A stretch of 64,000 bases of DNA from a bacterium (GTDB lineage: Bacteria > SAR324 > NAC60-12). Where the stretch lies: positions 3,010,051 to 3,074,050 of the forward strand of contig OZ242383.1 of NCBI GenBank assembly GCA_965209155.1, read 5' to 3'. Positions 50,944 to 60,876 of this stretch are shown here, piece after piece. Both the position numbers and the translations under genes were made by a program. Every line of letters starts with the position of its first letter. Position 1 is the first letter of the stretch. Below the pieces are notes generated by a model. The model was not told the DNA's origin. It did no database searches and saw only the letters and a list, made by a program, of their open reading frames with translations.

Positions 50944-51333
50944 ATGGGAGCAACGCACGTCACCGTTACCATTCGGAATCCGGCTGAACCGGACAGAAGT
51001 TGGGAAGAGCTGTTCCTGGTCGATACGGGAGCGACCGATTCGCTCGTGCCCAGAGCACACCTGGAAGCCATCGGTCTCAAGCCCAAAGGCCAGCGGGTAT
51101 ATGAACTGGCCGATGGTCGTCAGATCAAAATGGATATTACGACCGCGGACATTGAATTCATGGGCGAAATCGTCGGTGGAACGATTTTATTCGGCGAGGC
51201 GAATGCCGAGCCGCTGTTGGGTGTCACCGCCTTGGAATCAGTGGGTATCGAAGTCGACCCGAGCAACCAACGTTTGAAAAGACGGTCCGCCGTGCGGCTC
51301 AAGAGTCTCGAACAAAAAATTAAGAATATTTGA
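50944..51333 (+). CDS. retropepsin-like (clan AA) aspartic protease, standalone
   Basis: 129 aa; LVDTGATDS active-site motif; GGTILFGE flap-like region. Confidence 0.65.
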   Translation: MGATHVTVTIRNPAEPDRSWEELFLVDTGATDSLVPRAHLEAIGLKPKGQRVYELADGRQIKMDITTADIEFMGEIVGGTILFGEANAEPLLGVTALESVGIEVDPSNQRLKRRSAVRLKSLEQKIKNI

Positions 51334-51430
51334 TTCATGAAAAGCGAGATATAGGTAAGATAGAAGTCACAAACAGGTCGAATGCCTCATTCAAAAAAGT
51401 ACACACTTCTCCGCAACAGATAGGTTTGAG

Positions 51431-52642
51431 ATGACTGACGAACTCCTCTCCAACTCTCAGAGACTGACTACCGACAAAGATCACATATTGGAACAATCAA
51501 AACAGGATCAAGTCCCAATAACGCAGTCTAAATACGATATCGAATCCGATCCGGACAGTGGCCTCGAGACCGAAAAAGACGATTTGGAAATAAAAATCGA
51601 ACGTCCTTTTGATCCCGAAAAAATTAAAGTACGGACAACCAATATCGTCGTGGAATTGCTGGTTTCGAGACTCTCATATAAAGAGATCGATCTGGAGCCC
51701 GACTTTCAGCGTTTGTCTGTATGGAATGAACGGCAGAGATGCCAGTTGATAGAATCCCTTCTCTTGCGCATTCCCATCCCTGTTTTCTATGTGGCTGCGG
51801 ATGAGCAAGAAAATTGGGCCGTCGTCGACGGAGTTCAGCGCATGTCGACCATTTATGATTACGTGAAAGATGAATTTCCCCTTAAACAACTCGAGTATCT
51901 CTCTCAATTCGAAGTACGGAAATACAGCGAACTTCCGCGACCGATGCAACGGCGGATTGTGGAGACTCAACTGGTCGTGAATATCATAGATCCGAGCACG
52001 CCAGAAGACGTAATGTTCAACATTTTCCGGCGCATCAACACGGGTGGTGTGAAATTGAACGGGCAGGAAATTCGTAACGCTCTGTATCGCGGTCCCATCC
52101 GGCAATATCTGAAAGAACTCGCAGAAAGCGAGGAATTCCTCTTGGCCACAGATCGTTCGATCAAAAAAAACAGAATGGCCGATCGCGAATGCGTTTTGCG
52201 CTTCCTTGCCTTTTACATAGGCCGCTGGGAAGACTATGACGCCAGTAAACTGGATAATATTCTAAACCGGACCATGACGAAGATCAATGAAATGACTCCA
52301 GAACAACGGGACGCCATCTCCGAGGATTTCAAAAAAGCGATGTCGGTCGCTCGCATCATTTTTGGTAAGAATGCGTTTCGTAGGCGTTACAAGCGGGATG
52401 ATTTCCGTCGTCCTCCGGTCAGCAAGGCATTGTTCGAAGCCTGGAGCGTTCAATTGGCGCGCTGCTCACCCGAACAGATCAAATCGCTTCGCAAAAAACG
52501 GGAGGAGGTTAATGATCGGTTCATCACGCTAATGAATGAAGACAATGAGTTCGATAACGCGATCTCATATTCTACCGGATTACCCGAGCGCGTTAAAAAA
52601 CGCTTCAGCACGATCGAAAAGTTGGTTGGGGAGATGGTATAA
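51431..52642 (+). CDS. DUF262-family (ParB/Srx-like NTPase fold) protein
   Basis: 403 aa; DGQQR-type motif VVDGVQRMSTI; no DUF1524/HNH tail. Confidence 0.7.
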   Translation: MTDELLSNSQRLTTDKDHILEQSKQDQVPITQSKYDIESDPDSGLETEKDDLEIKIERPFDPEKIKVRTTNIVVELLVSRLSYKEIDLEPDFQRLSVWNERQRCQLIESLLLRIPIPVFYVAADEQENWAVVDGVQRMSTIYDYVKDEFPLKQLEYLSQFEVRKYSELPRPMQRRIVETQLVVNIIDPSTPEDVMFNIFRRINTGGVKLNGQEIRNALYRGPIRQYLKELAESEEFLLATDRSIKKNRMADRECVLRFLAFYIGRWEDYDASKLDNILNRTMTKINEMTPEQRDAISEDFKKAMSVARIIFGKNAFRRRYKRDDFRRPPVSKALFEAWSVQLARCSPEQIKSLRKKREEVNDRFITLMNEDNEFDNAISYSTGLPERVKKRFSTIEKLVGEMV

Positions 52643-53766
52643 TGCTCAGCATGATCAAACTGTTGAATTTCAAGTGCTTCCAAAGTCTGGAGTTGAGTTG
52701 CGCACCGCTTACGCTCTTGTGTGGCTTGAATGGTATGGGAAAAAGTAGCGTGATTCAGGCGTTACTTATCCTGCGACAATCGTTTTTTTCGGGAGACCTG
52801 ACTGACGGTAAGTTAGTCTTGGGTGGAGAACTCGTGGACCTCGGGACCGGCGTGGACGTGCTTTTTGAAGGCGCGGATAGTGATAGCGTCGGATTTGAGC
52901 TCCATAGTGACAAAATTTCGACCCCATGGTCACTCGCATTCGATTATTCGAAAGCTACCGATCAATTATCTGTCGTGTCCAGTGATCCGAATCGGACAAC
53001 TCCTTTGATGCCGGAATTATGGCGTGAAGTCCCGCCTTTCGTGAGCTTGGTCTATATTGATGCGGAACGGATCGGCCCTCGAAAAATCTATCCACTTTCG
53101 GAAACCCAGGGTCGCCGAAGCGACTTTGGAGTGGGTAATGAATACGCGTTGAACTACTTGAACCTGCATCAGGACGAGCGATTGCCGGATGAAGACCCAC
53201 GTTTCCCCGGCGCTCGCAGTAGCCGTTTGATCAGGGTCGTCAATCGGTGGTTACAGGAAGTAACTCCGGGCGTCGAACTGCAGCTTGAAACCGTTTCCGC
53301 TGCTGATGCCCTGATCGCTGGTTTTTCATTCGATCGACCGGGAGATGTTGCAACGCGGCGTTATCGCACGACAAACGTGGGATTCGGTCTATCATATACA
53401 TTGCCGGTGTTGCTCGCTCTACTAGCGCCTGCGGGTACGTTATGCTTGATAGAGAATCCCGAGGCGCACCTGCACCCACGTGGGCAGACCAAACTGGCGG
53501 AGCTTGCGGTACGCGCTTCCCTGGCAGGCGTTCAGGTAATCGTCGAAACCCACAGCGACCACTTCATGGACGGAGTTCGTATTTCTGTCAGAGAGGGACT
53601 GATCCCTCCGCAAGGAGTTGCATTCCACTACTTTGAGCGCAAGGGTGGCATGACCGTCGTTTCCTCACCGCAAGTCGATACGGATGGGCGTTTGTCGTCA
53701 TGGCCTTCCGGTTTCTTTGACCAGCACGAAGAAAATCTGGCGAAACTCCTTGCCCCGAGGTCCTGA
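52642..53766 (+). CDS. AAA_21-type ABC ATPase with DUF3696-like C-terminus
   Basis: Walker A GLNGMGKSS; IENPEAHLHP...VETHSDH; C-terminal ...SWPSGFFDQ. Start overlaps the upstream stop (TAATG). Confidence 0.7.
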   Translation: MLSMIKLLNFKCFQSLELSCAPLTLLCGLNGMGKSSVIQALLILRQSFFSGDLTDGKLVLGGELVDLGTGVDVLFEGADSDSVGFELHSDKISTPWSLAFDYSKATDQLSVVSSDPNRTTPLMPELWREVPPFVSLVYIDAERIGPRKIYPLSETQGRRSDFGVGNEYALNYLNLHQDERLPDEDPRFPGARSSRLIRVVNRWLQEVTPGVELQLETVSAADALIAGFSFDRPGDVATRRYRTTNVGFGLSYTLPVLLALLAPAGTLCLIENPEAHLHPRGQTKLAELAVRASLAGVQVIVETHSDHFMDGVRISVREGLIPPQGVAFHYFERKGGMTVVSSPQVDTDGRLSSWPSGFFDQHEENLAKLLAPRS

Positions 53767-53767
53767 C

Positions 53768-54691
53768 ATGCGCGAGATGGTTCTTAATCATGCGAGCATT
53801 GTGTCACCCGATGTGAGCACGGCCGTTGACTGGTTGAAAGACGTAGGTAGCGGTATGGCTCAACTCACTACCAAAAGGGTAGTAGCATCAAGTCTGAGGA
53901 TGTGCCGTCTCCCATCCGAGATCAACTGTGTACCCGGTTATTCATTATGGGATGTTTACCAGGAGTTACGAAAAAACGGGGATCGGGACACTTACGGATT
54001 CCTCATGCGTCTGAGTACAAAAATTCCGTTGCTGAGCGACTTCGAACTGGATTTCAAGGATCGGTTTCTTGCTTGTGAGGCAACAGATTTGTCAGCGGAA
54101 GATGGAGAACCGTTGGTCCTGTGTGCCATCACCGACTGGATCGCCGTCGGGTTTCCATCGGCTCCGGGTTGGGACCACGACTGCCTCGAAATTAGCTTCA
54201 ACGAGTTACTACCCGACGACAGCATTGAGGAATCCTCTGAAACAATAGACAATCTCACTCGATCCGTTCATGCTCTGTCGATTTGCGAGCAACGCCAGGC
54301 AATCCTTCTGCGATGTCAGAGTCCCTCGTCATTGTGGGAGCGCAGGGAAGAGGCGTTTCCGAATCTTGTTTTTGGTCCGGATGTAAAAATAGAACGGAAG
54401 TTTTTTGGGTCTACTGTCAAAAAGTTAATTGCTCTGGACGAATCGGCCGCCGAATGGCGCAAAGTGGGAGGGAGCGTGCCTCCATGGACTTGTACGGTAA
54501 CACCCGAAACCGTCAACTTGATGAATAATCCTAAACTCCGTGAGACGCGTCGATTCAAATCACAGGGTGGTACGCGAGAATTATTCGAATGGCACGCCAA
54601 ATTCAGCAATGGCCGACGCATTCACCTTCGTTTCAACGCGGACTCACGAAAAATCGAAATTGGGTACATAGGTCCCCATCTGCCAATCTGA
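53768..54691 (+). CDS. hypothetical protein, third gene of the coupled DUF262-ATPase operon
   Basis: 307 aa from the ATG one nt after the upstream TGA; no recognised family. Confidence 0.5.
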   Translation: MREMVLNHASIVSPDVSTAVDWLKDVGSGMAQLTTKRVVASSLRMCRLPSEINCVPGYSLWDVYQELRKNGDRDTYGFLMRLSTKIPLLSDFELDFKDRFLACEATDLSAEDGEPLVLCAITDWIAVGFPSAPGWDHDCLEISFNELLPDDSIEESSETIDNLTRSVHALSICEQRQAILLRCQSPSSLWERREEAFPNLVFGPDVKIERKFFGSTVKKLIALDESAAEWRKVGGSVPPWTCTVTPETVNLMNNPKLRETRRFKSQGGTRELFEWHAKFSNGRRIHLRFNADSRKIEIGYIGPHLPI

Positions 54692-54978
54692 GGTATCAGA
54701 TTCCACCACCAATTCAGTTCGGAACAACAAGAATATAGGCCTGTGATTGATAACATACGTCTCTTCGAAACTGCCCTCACGAATAGGAGAACAACAGATC
54801 AAGGATGGATGAAACTTCAGAGTTATAACAATTGCAGGCATTCAATCGAGTCTGACGCTGAGCTTTCCGCGATCCTATTTGAAAGTTGAAGTAACCCTCG
54901 GAGTTTGTAAGGAAATGGGATTGGATGGAGAGTCGGCTTCATGACAACATAACTTTAACAAATCATACGGAGGCCCAA

Positions 54979-55737
54979 ATGCCGACATGTTTTGTAATTC
55001 AACCGTTCGACTTTGACAAGTACGACAAGAGATTCGAAGACATCTTCAAACCGGCCTTAGAGCAAGCAGGTTTCGAAGCATATCGTGTTGATCAAGATCC
55101 TTCTGTTGAGGTACCAATCAATTCCATCGAAGATCGCATTCGTGACGCAACTATTTGCCTGGCGGATATAACCACAAATAACCCAAATGTATGGTATGAA
55201 CTGGGGTTTGCATTTGCTTCGGGTCGTTCCGTAATCATGGTTTGCTCGGACGAGCGGCCAGAAGGTGGATTTCCATTCGACATTCAACACCGTACCGTAA
55301 TCAAATACAGCGCTGATTCGCCGAGCGATTTCGAAAAGCTTAAGAATGACATCACGGAACGAGCAAAGGCCCTGGTCCAGAAAGGTGAAACTATAAAATT
55401 TATCGAATCTGAAAAACTGACACCACGAGAAGGACTAAGTCAGATTGAAATGCAAGTCCTTGCCATCGCTGCCGCAAACAATTCTATTCCAGGAGACACG
55501 ACGTACGTTCATTCTCTGAAGAGAGACTTGGAAAGTTCGGGATTGACAGATGTCGGTTTTGGAGTGGGGATTCGGAGACTTGAGAAAAAGGGGCTTATCG
55601 AATTAGAGTGGTATGAAGACTATCGTGGAAACTCCTTTCAAACAGTGGCTCTCAGCGAGAAAGGTTGGGATTGGATCAGCAGTAACGACTCGCTGTTCGA
55701 TTTGATCAAGAGAGAGCAATCCAGAAAATTTCGATGA
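54979..55737 (+). CDS. nucleoside 2-deoxyribosyltransferase-like (TIR/SLOG-related Rossmann) domain protein with C-terminal winged-helix region
   Basis: CFVIQPF...ICLADITTNNPNVWYELGFAFASGRSVIMV resembles the NDT-like fold. GGAGG RBS before ATG 54979; the track starts at 54925. Confidence 0.45.
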   Translation: MPTCFVIQPFDFDKYDKRFEDIFKPALEQAGFEAYRVDQDPSVEVPINSIEDRIRDATICLADITTNNPNVWYELGFAFASGRSVIMVCSDERPEGGFPFDIQHRTVIKYSADSPSDFEKLKNDITERAKALVQKGETIKFIESEKLTPREGLSQIEMQVLAIAAANNSIPGDTTYVHSLKRDLESSGLTDVGFGVGIRRLEKKGLIELEWYEDYRGNSFQTVALSEKGWDWISSNDSLFDLIKREQSRKFR

Positions 55738-55921
55738 TGAACTTCCTTTCTAATAGAATTCGGAGATAAGAGTTTACCAACAAACGTCTTATAGAAGTGG
55801 CATTTCAACCCAAGTGATTTTCAGGACTTGGCGCCCGCAAAGAAAAGGTGACATGCGCACGTTTTGACATTTTGAACGTTTAAACAAAGAAGCATCAGAA
55901 ATTTAATTGAAGTATTCAGCA

Positions 55922-57685
55922 ATGGACAATAAAACACACAAGGGTGATGTTCCACAAATCGAGGCATCGGACTTGGATAAATATCCTTCATTCACGTTTG
56001 CGAGTATCACCTTTTCGGATGGAACTAAATTCGAACTTGAACCCACTGACATAGTTGTCTTAGTAGGACCCAACAACTCGGGTAAGAGCGTTTCACTTCG
56101 AGAACTTGAGGGACACATTGCTGAAACCTCTGAGGCAATCGTCATCAAGTCGGTTGAACCACTTAAAGTCGGTACACAAGAAGAATTCGGCAAATTAATA
56201 GACAAACATACCCAAGTTAGGATAGATGGAATTAATAGGACCTATTCTATACCTGGCTTTTCATGGTCGTCGCGCAACCATCCAAAATGCAACTGGCCAA
56301 ACAATTTAAAACCATTTCGTTCATTGTTTTGTATGCGAATACCAACCGAAAGCCGCATAAATGCCAGTAATCCGGCAGGGTCAATAAATTTTCTGGAGGA
56401 TCCGATCTCGCACCCGATCCAGATGCTGTATGAGGACGACCAACTTGAAAAGAAGATCAGCAAGTATTTTCGGTCAGCTTTTGGTGAGGACCTTATTCTC
56501 TTTCGTTCAGGTGGGAGTATAATTCCTCTGTTTGTCGGCGATAAACCGCCTCTGCATTCGGGAGAAGACCGTATATCCAATACTTACTTGAAACGAGTGC
56601 GCAAATCAACAAAACCTCTGAATCAACAAGGCGATGGAATGCGCAGTTTTGCAAGTGTGATCTTGCACACGTTTGCCTCAACTACCCCTACGGTCCTCCT
56701 GCTCGACGAACCGGAAGCCTTTCTTCATCCACCCCAAGCCCGGCTGCTTGGGGAAATCATTGCCAAAGAAAAATCATCTCGCGCTCAACTCTTTGTGGCA
56801 ACCCATAGTCCTGATGTCCTTCAAGGGTTGGTCAATGTTGCTCCCGAACATCTTCGTGTGTTGAGGATACAGCGCAACGGCGATGTCAATCGGGTCAAAG
56901 AACTGGACAAAGAACTCGTTAAACAAATCAGCGTCGATCCGTTAATGAAGTATTCCTCGGTATTGTCTGGCGTGTTCCACGAAAGAGTGATCATCTGTGA
57001 ATCGGATGCCGATTGTATGTTCTATTCCTCGATTCTCGACATGCCAATGGTTCACGGAAGGCGTCAACCCGATGTTCTCTTTGTTCATGCTGGTGGCAAG
57101 CACCGTATGGCGACTATGGCCAAGACATTGGTTGATTTGGATGTGCCAGTCGATGTCATCGCAGATATCGATATCCTGAGAGAAGACGATGTCTTCAAAC
57201 GGATCATTGTTGCATTAAACGGAGATTGGTACAGTATTCAACCGATTGCAAATCAAGTAAAAAAAGCAATTGAACAGCACAAACCACGGTTAACCGTCGA
57301 CGAAATTAAAAAAAGAATCAACACGTTACTAGAAAATCTACTGCCAGAAGACGAGCTAACAAGAAAGAATCGTTCAGAGATCGAAATAATCTTCCGTAAA
57401 GATACCTCGTGGGATAACATCAAGCATGCTGGTGAACCCGCCATTCCGGCAGGCCAGGCAACGCAAAAATTTCAGGAACTTCAAAGGCTCTGTAGGCAGA
57501 TGGGCCTATGGATCGTACCCGTTGGTGAGTTGGAGGGTTTCTGTAAGGCCATTGGTGGTCACGGTCCGGCTTGGGTACAGCAAGTTATTGAACAGCGAGA
57601 TCTCGCAAAGGATCCTGATCTTGAACAAGCCCGCAAGTTTGTACGCGAGATTTGGATCGCGAATGATCCAGGAAATACACCATGA
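55922..57685 (+). CDS. OLD-family-like ABC ATPase with C-terminal TOPRIM-like region
   Basis: Walker A GPNNSGKS; LLLDEPEAFLHP; ATHSPD; C-terminal VIICESDADC...DVIADIDIL acidic motifs. The stop overlaps the downstream ATG (ATGA). Confidence 0.6.
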   Translation: MDNKTHKGDVPQIEASDLDKYPSFTFASITFSDGTKFELEPTDIVVLVGPNNSGKSVSLRELEGHIAETSEAIVIKSVEPLKVGTQEEFGKLIDKHTQVRIDGINRTYSIPGFSWSSRNHPKCNWPNNLKPFRSLFCMRIPTESRINASNPAGSINFLEDPISHPIQMLYEDDQLEKKISKYFRSAFGEDLILFRSGGSIIPLFVGDKPPLHSGEDRISNTYLKRVRKSTKPLNQQGDGMRSFASVILHTFASTTPTVLLLDEPEAFLHPPQARLLGEIIAKEKSSRAQLFVATHSPDVLQGLVNVAPEHLRVLRIQRNGDVNRVKELDKELVKQISVDPLMKYSSVLSGVFHERVIICESDADCMFYSSILDMPMVHGRRQPDVLFVHAGGKHRMATMAKTLVDLDVPVDVIADIDILREDDVFKRIIVALNGDWYSIQPIANQVKKAIEQHKPRLTVDEIKKRINTLLENLLPEDELTRKNRSEIEIIFRKDTSWDNIKHAGEPAIPAGQATQKFQELQRLCRQMGLWIVPVGELEGFCKAIGGHGPAWVQQVIEQRDLAKDPDLEQARKFVREIWIANDPGNTP

Positions 57686-60600
57686 CAACCAATGACAAAC
57701 GACTTATTGAGGTGGCTTTTCCGTTGAAGCAGGTTTCGATGGATTCGGTGCATGAGAAGAACGTGCGGCATGGGCACATTTCCACGTTGCATATCTGGCC
57801 GGCGCGACGGCCGTTGGCGGCGTGCCGGGCGGCCCTGATTGCCACGCTGCTTCCCGATCCTGGCGACTCCGTGCAACGAAAAGCCATCCTGGAGCGGATG
57901 GCTGGCCGGGTGGTCGAGAAGATCGAACGCAAGCGCGTGAACGGGCGTGTGGTCGAGAAGAAGAAGGAGGAAACGGTTGGCGGTATCCTCCACTGGGGTC
58001 GTGAACAGGGTCCAGATCTCGAGTGGTTTCGTAAGGAAATTCGTAAAGCCTATGGCGGTCGCGCCCCTAAGGTACTGGACCCCTTCGCAGGGGGTGGTGC
58101 CATTCCCTTGGAAGCGATGCGTCTTGGATGCGAAGTGACTGCCATGGACATCAACCCGGTTGCCTGGTTCATTCTCAAATGCACCCTGGAATATCCCCAG
58201 AAACTTGCAGGTCAAAGCCTCCCGTTGCCCGGGTTCGCGCTCAAGGATCGCCCATTCATGGAGGCGTTCCTGAAGGAAAAGCAATTCCAGGGAGAAGGTT
58301 TGCGTACCTTGATGAAGCAATTCGGACATGGTGACAACAGCTCGATTCAGGTTGATGCGCTTCCCCAGGACGACTCGATCAGCCACGCGGATCTCGCCTG
58401 GCAGGTTCGTGCCTGGGGTCGTTGGGTGTTAGCCAGGGCACGTAAAAAATTGGCTAAATACTATCCCACCTATGCTTCGTTCGAGCCGTTGATGCCGGGT
58501 ACCGATTTCGAACCACGCCCCCTACGTCTTTTGGAGATCGACGAGGAAGGCGATCCTCAGACCGAATCACTCAACGACGAGTTCGACAAGGGTTATCTCT
58601 CGAATACACAAAATCCGCGTTGGATCGCCAAACCGACGGTGGCCTACCTCTGGGCGCGTACTGTGACCTGCAAACAGTGCCGGGGTACGCTGCCCCTGCT
58701 CAAAACGCGCTGGTTGTGCAAGAAGGAACGCAAGCGCGTGCTGCTGACTATGGAACCGGATGCTGAACAGAGCGGGGTGATCTTTGGCGTAGAGAGCGAC
58801 GTGCCTCAAAACGGTGGCAACGCGGCGCAACGAAGGGAGCACGACAAACGTATCGGAGCCGGAACCATGACGCGCACCGGGGCTACCTGCCCTTGCTGCG
58901 GCATGATCATGACCATGGAAGACATTCGATTGGAGGGTCGAGCCGGCCGGTTGGCTTCAATGATGACCGCAGTGGTGGTAGATGGAGCGAAAGGTAAGGA
59001 ATACCGTCTCCCTACGGATCATGAACGGATGGTGGCGGAAGTGACTGAGGAGCAACTTCATTTACTGTATACGAACATTCCTTTTGGGTTGCCAGAAGAG
59101 AAGACGCCAACACAGAGCCAGTTTTCTGGTGTATATAACTATGGTTTAAACACATGGCAGAAGTTGTTTACAAAACGGCAGTTATTGGCGATTGGGGAGT
59201 TCGTTTTAGCACTGCGCACAATATCAAAGCAAATGACGGATTACCCTGTAGAATGGAAAGAAGCTCTGGTTGGAATGTGTTTGCCCATCATTAGCCGTAT
59301 GGCTGACCGAGGAAGCACGTTAGCAACATGGACTAATAACCCAGAAAAAATTAGGAGTACTTTTGCACGATTTGCGTTACCAATCACATGGGATTTTTCT
59401 GAGTTCGCGCCACTTTCAGACACTACGGGAGGTTTTGTACAATCTGTCGATTGGATATTCCGGGTCTGCGAACATCTAATTAAAAGTGCAGTTTCAGTCC
59501 GAGGTGGAGAGTGTATTTGTGCTTCAGCAATTACTTGTCCAACTGATAATGTTGACCTGATATTAACTGATCCTCCCTATTATGATGCGATTCCGTATTC
59601 TGATCTGATGGATTTCTTCTTTGTCTGGCTAAGGCGTTCGATTCCGGGATTGTCCGCCGAGATAGATTCGATCTTCTCCAATGCCCTCGGTCCTAAATGG
59701 AATCATGAAGTAATGGATGGTGAACTCATAGACGATGCCAGTCGATTTGATGGTAATAGAAAGCGGTCCAAACAAAACTATGAAGATGGCATGGTCCGCT
59801 CGTTTAGATCTTGTCATGCTGCATTGCGGTCGGACGGGCGGTTAGTCGTCGTTTTCGCAAACAAAAGTCCGGCTGCTTGGGAGACATTGGCCGCTGCGCT
59901 AATTCGTGCCGGCTTCGTAGTTGATGGCTCCTGGCCTATTCAAACTGAGATGGGTACCAGAATTCGTGCGATGAGTTCCGCCGCCTTGTCATCATCCGTC
60001 TGGATCGTGTGTAAAAAGCGATCCGTTTCTCGTCCGGGTTGGGACCACACCGTCCTCGAGGATATGCGGGAGAAGATCAGCCAACAACTGCGTGATTTCT
60101 GGGACGCGGGGATTCGCGGACCGGATTTCGTGTGGGCCGCGACCGGTCCGGCGTTGGAAGCCTTCAGCAAGTACCCCATCGTCAAAAAGGCGAACGACCC
60201 GGATCATTTAATGAACGTCTCGGAGTTCCTGCGCGAAGTGCGTCGCCTGGTGGTCGATTTCGTCGTGGGACGAGTGCTGAGTCACGATGGCGGGCAAGAA
60301 ACCGCAAGCGGGCTCGACGACGTGACCACCTACTACCTGCTGCATCGCCACGACTTTGGTATGGATGAAGCGCCCGTTGGGGGTTGCATCCTCTACGCGC
60401 TGTCTTGCAATCTCTCCGACTCGGCCCTGGTGGGTCAGTATGACCTGATGGCCCGAGCGGGTAAGGGAAACTCCGGCAACGAATTGGAAGAGGGTCTGTC
60501 TGCCGGTAGCACGGACGATGAGGTGGAAGAAACGAGTAGCGGAAGCGGCGCCAAGGTGAAACTGAAACCCTGGCAGCGGCGGCAGGGTCGTAACCTCGGT

Positions 60601-60876
60601 CTGCCAGCATCCGGTGGGGGGCTCGTACCACTGATCGACCAGGTACACAAACTGATGCACCTCTGGCGCGAAGGGGAGCAAGTGAAAGTTGACGATTACA
60701 TCGACACGCGGGGTCTACAACGTAACGCATTGTTCCATCAACTCCTGCAGGCGCTCATCGAACTGGCATCCGTCGATTCCGAAGAACGCTCCATCCTGGA
60801 AGCCTTGAGTAACCATGCCATGGCCCGTGGGGACGTCAAGGCGCCGCGCCAGACTCGATTTCAACTGGGAGCATGA
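57682..60876 (+). CDS. DUF1156-family N6-adenine (DPPY) DNA methyltransferase
   Basis: 1064 aa; N-terminal EVAFPLKQVS...HGHISTLHIWPARRP (DUF1156); motif IV LTDPPYYDA; Zn-ribbon-like CPCC. Confidence 0.8.
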   Translation: MTTNDKRLIEVAFPLKQVSMDSVHEKNVRHGHISTLHIWPARRPLAACRAALIATLLPDPGDSVQRKAILERMAGRVVEKIERKRVNGRVVEKKKEETVGGILHWGREQGPDLEWFRKEIRKAYGGRAPKVLDPFAGGGAIPLEAMRLGCEVTAMDINPVAWFILKCTLEYPQKLAGQSLPLPGFALKDRPFMEAFLKEKQFQGEGLRTLMKQFGHGDNSSIQVDALPQDDSISHADLAWQVRAWGRWVLARARKKLAKYYPTYASFEPLMPGTDFEPRPLRLLEIDEEGDPQTESLNDEFDKGYLSNTQNPRWIAKPTVAYLWARTVTCKQCRGTLPLLKTRWLCKKERKRVLLTMEPDAEQSGVIFGVESDVPQNGGNAAQRREHDKRIGAGTMTRTGATCPCCGMIMTMEDIRLEGRAGRLASMMTAVVVDGAKGKEYRLPTDHERMVAEVTEEQLHLLYTNIPFGLPEEKTPTQSQFSGVYNYGLNTWQKLFTKRQLLAIGEFVLALRTISKQMTDYPVEWKEALVGMCLPIISRMADRGSTLATWTNNPEKIRSTFARFALPITWDFSEFAPLSDTTGGFVQSVDWIFRVCEHLIKSAVSVRGGECICASAITCPTDNVDLILTDPPYYDAIPYSDLMDFFFVWLRRSIPGLSAEIDSIFSNALGPKWNHEVMDGELIDDASRFDGNRKRSKQNYEDGMVRSFRSCHAALRSDGRLVVVFANKSPAAWETLAAALIRAGFVVDGSWPIQTEMGTRIRAMSSAALSSSVWIVCKKRSVSRPGWDHTVLEDMREKISQQLRDFWDAGIRGPDFVWAATGPALEAFSKYPIVKKANDPDHLMNVSEFLREVRRLVVDFVVGRVLSHDGGQETASGLDDVTTYYLLHRHDFGMDEAPVGGCILYALSCNLSDSALVGQYDLMARAGKGNSGNELEEGLSAGSTDDEVEETSSGSGAKVKLKPWQRRQGRNLGLPASGGGLVPLIDQVHKLMHLWREGEQVKVDDYIDTRGLQRNALFHQLLQALIELASVDSEERSILEALSNHAMARGDVKAPRQTRFQLGA

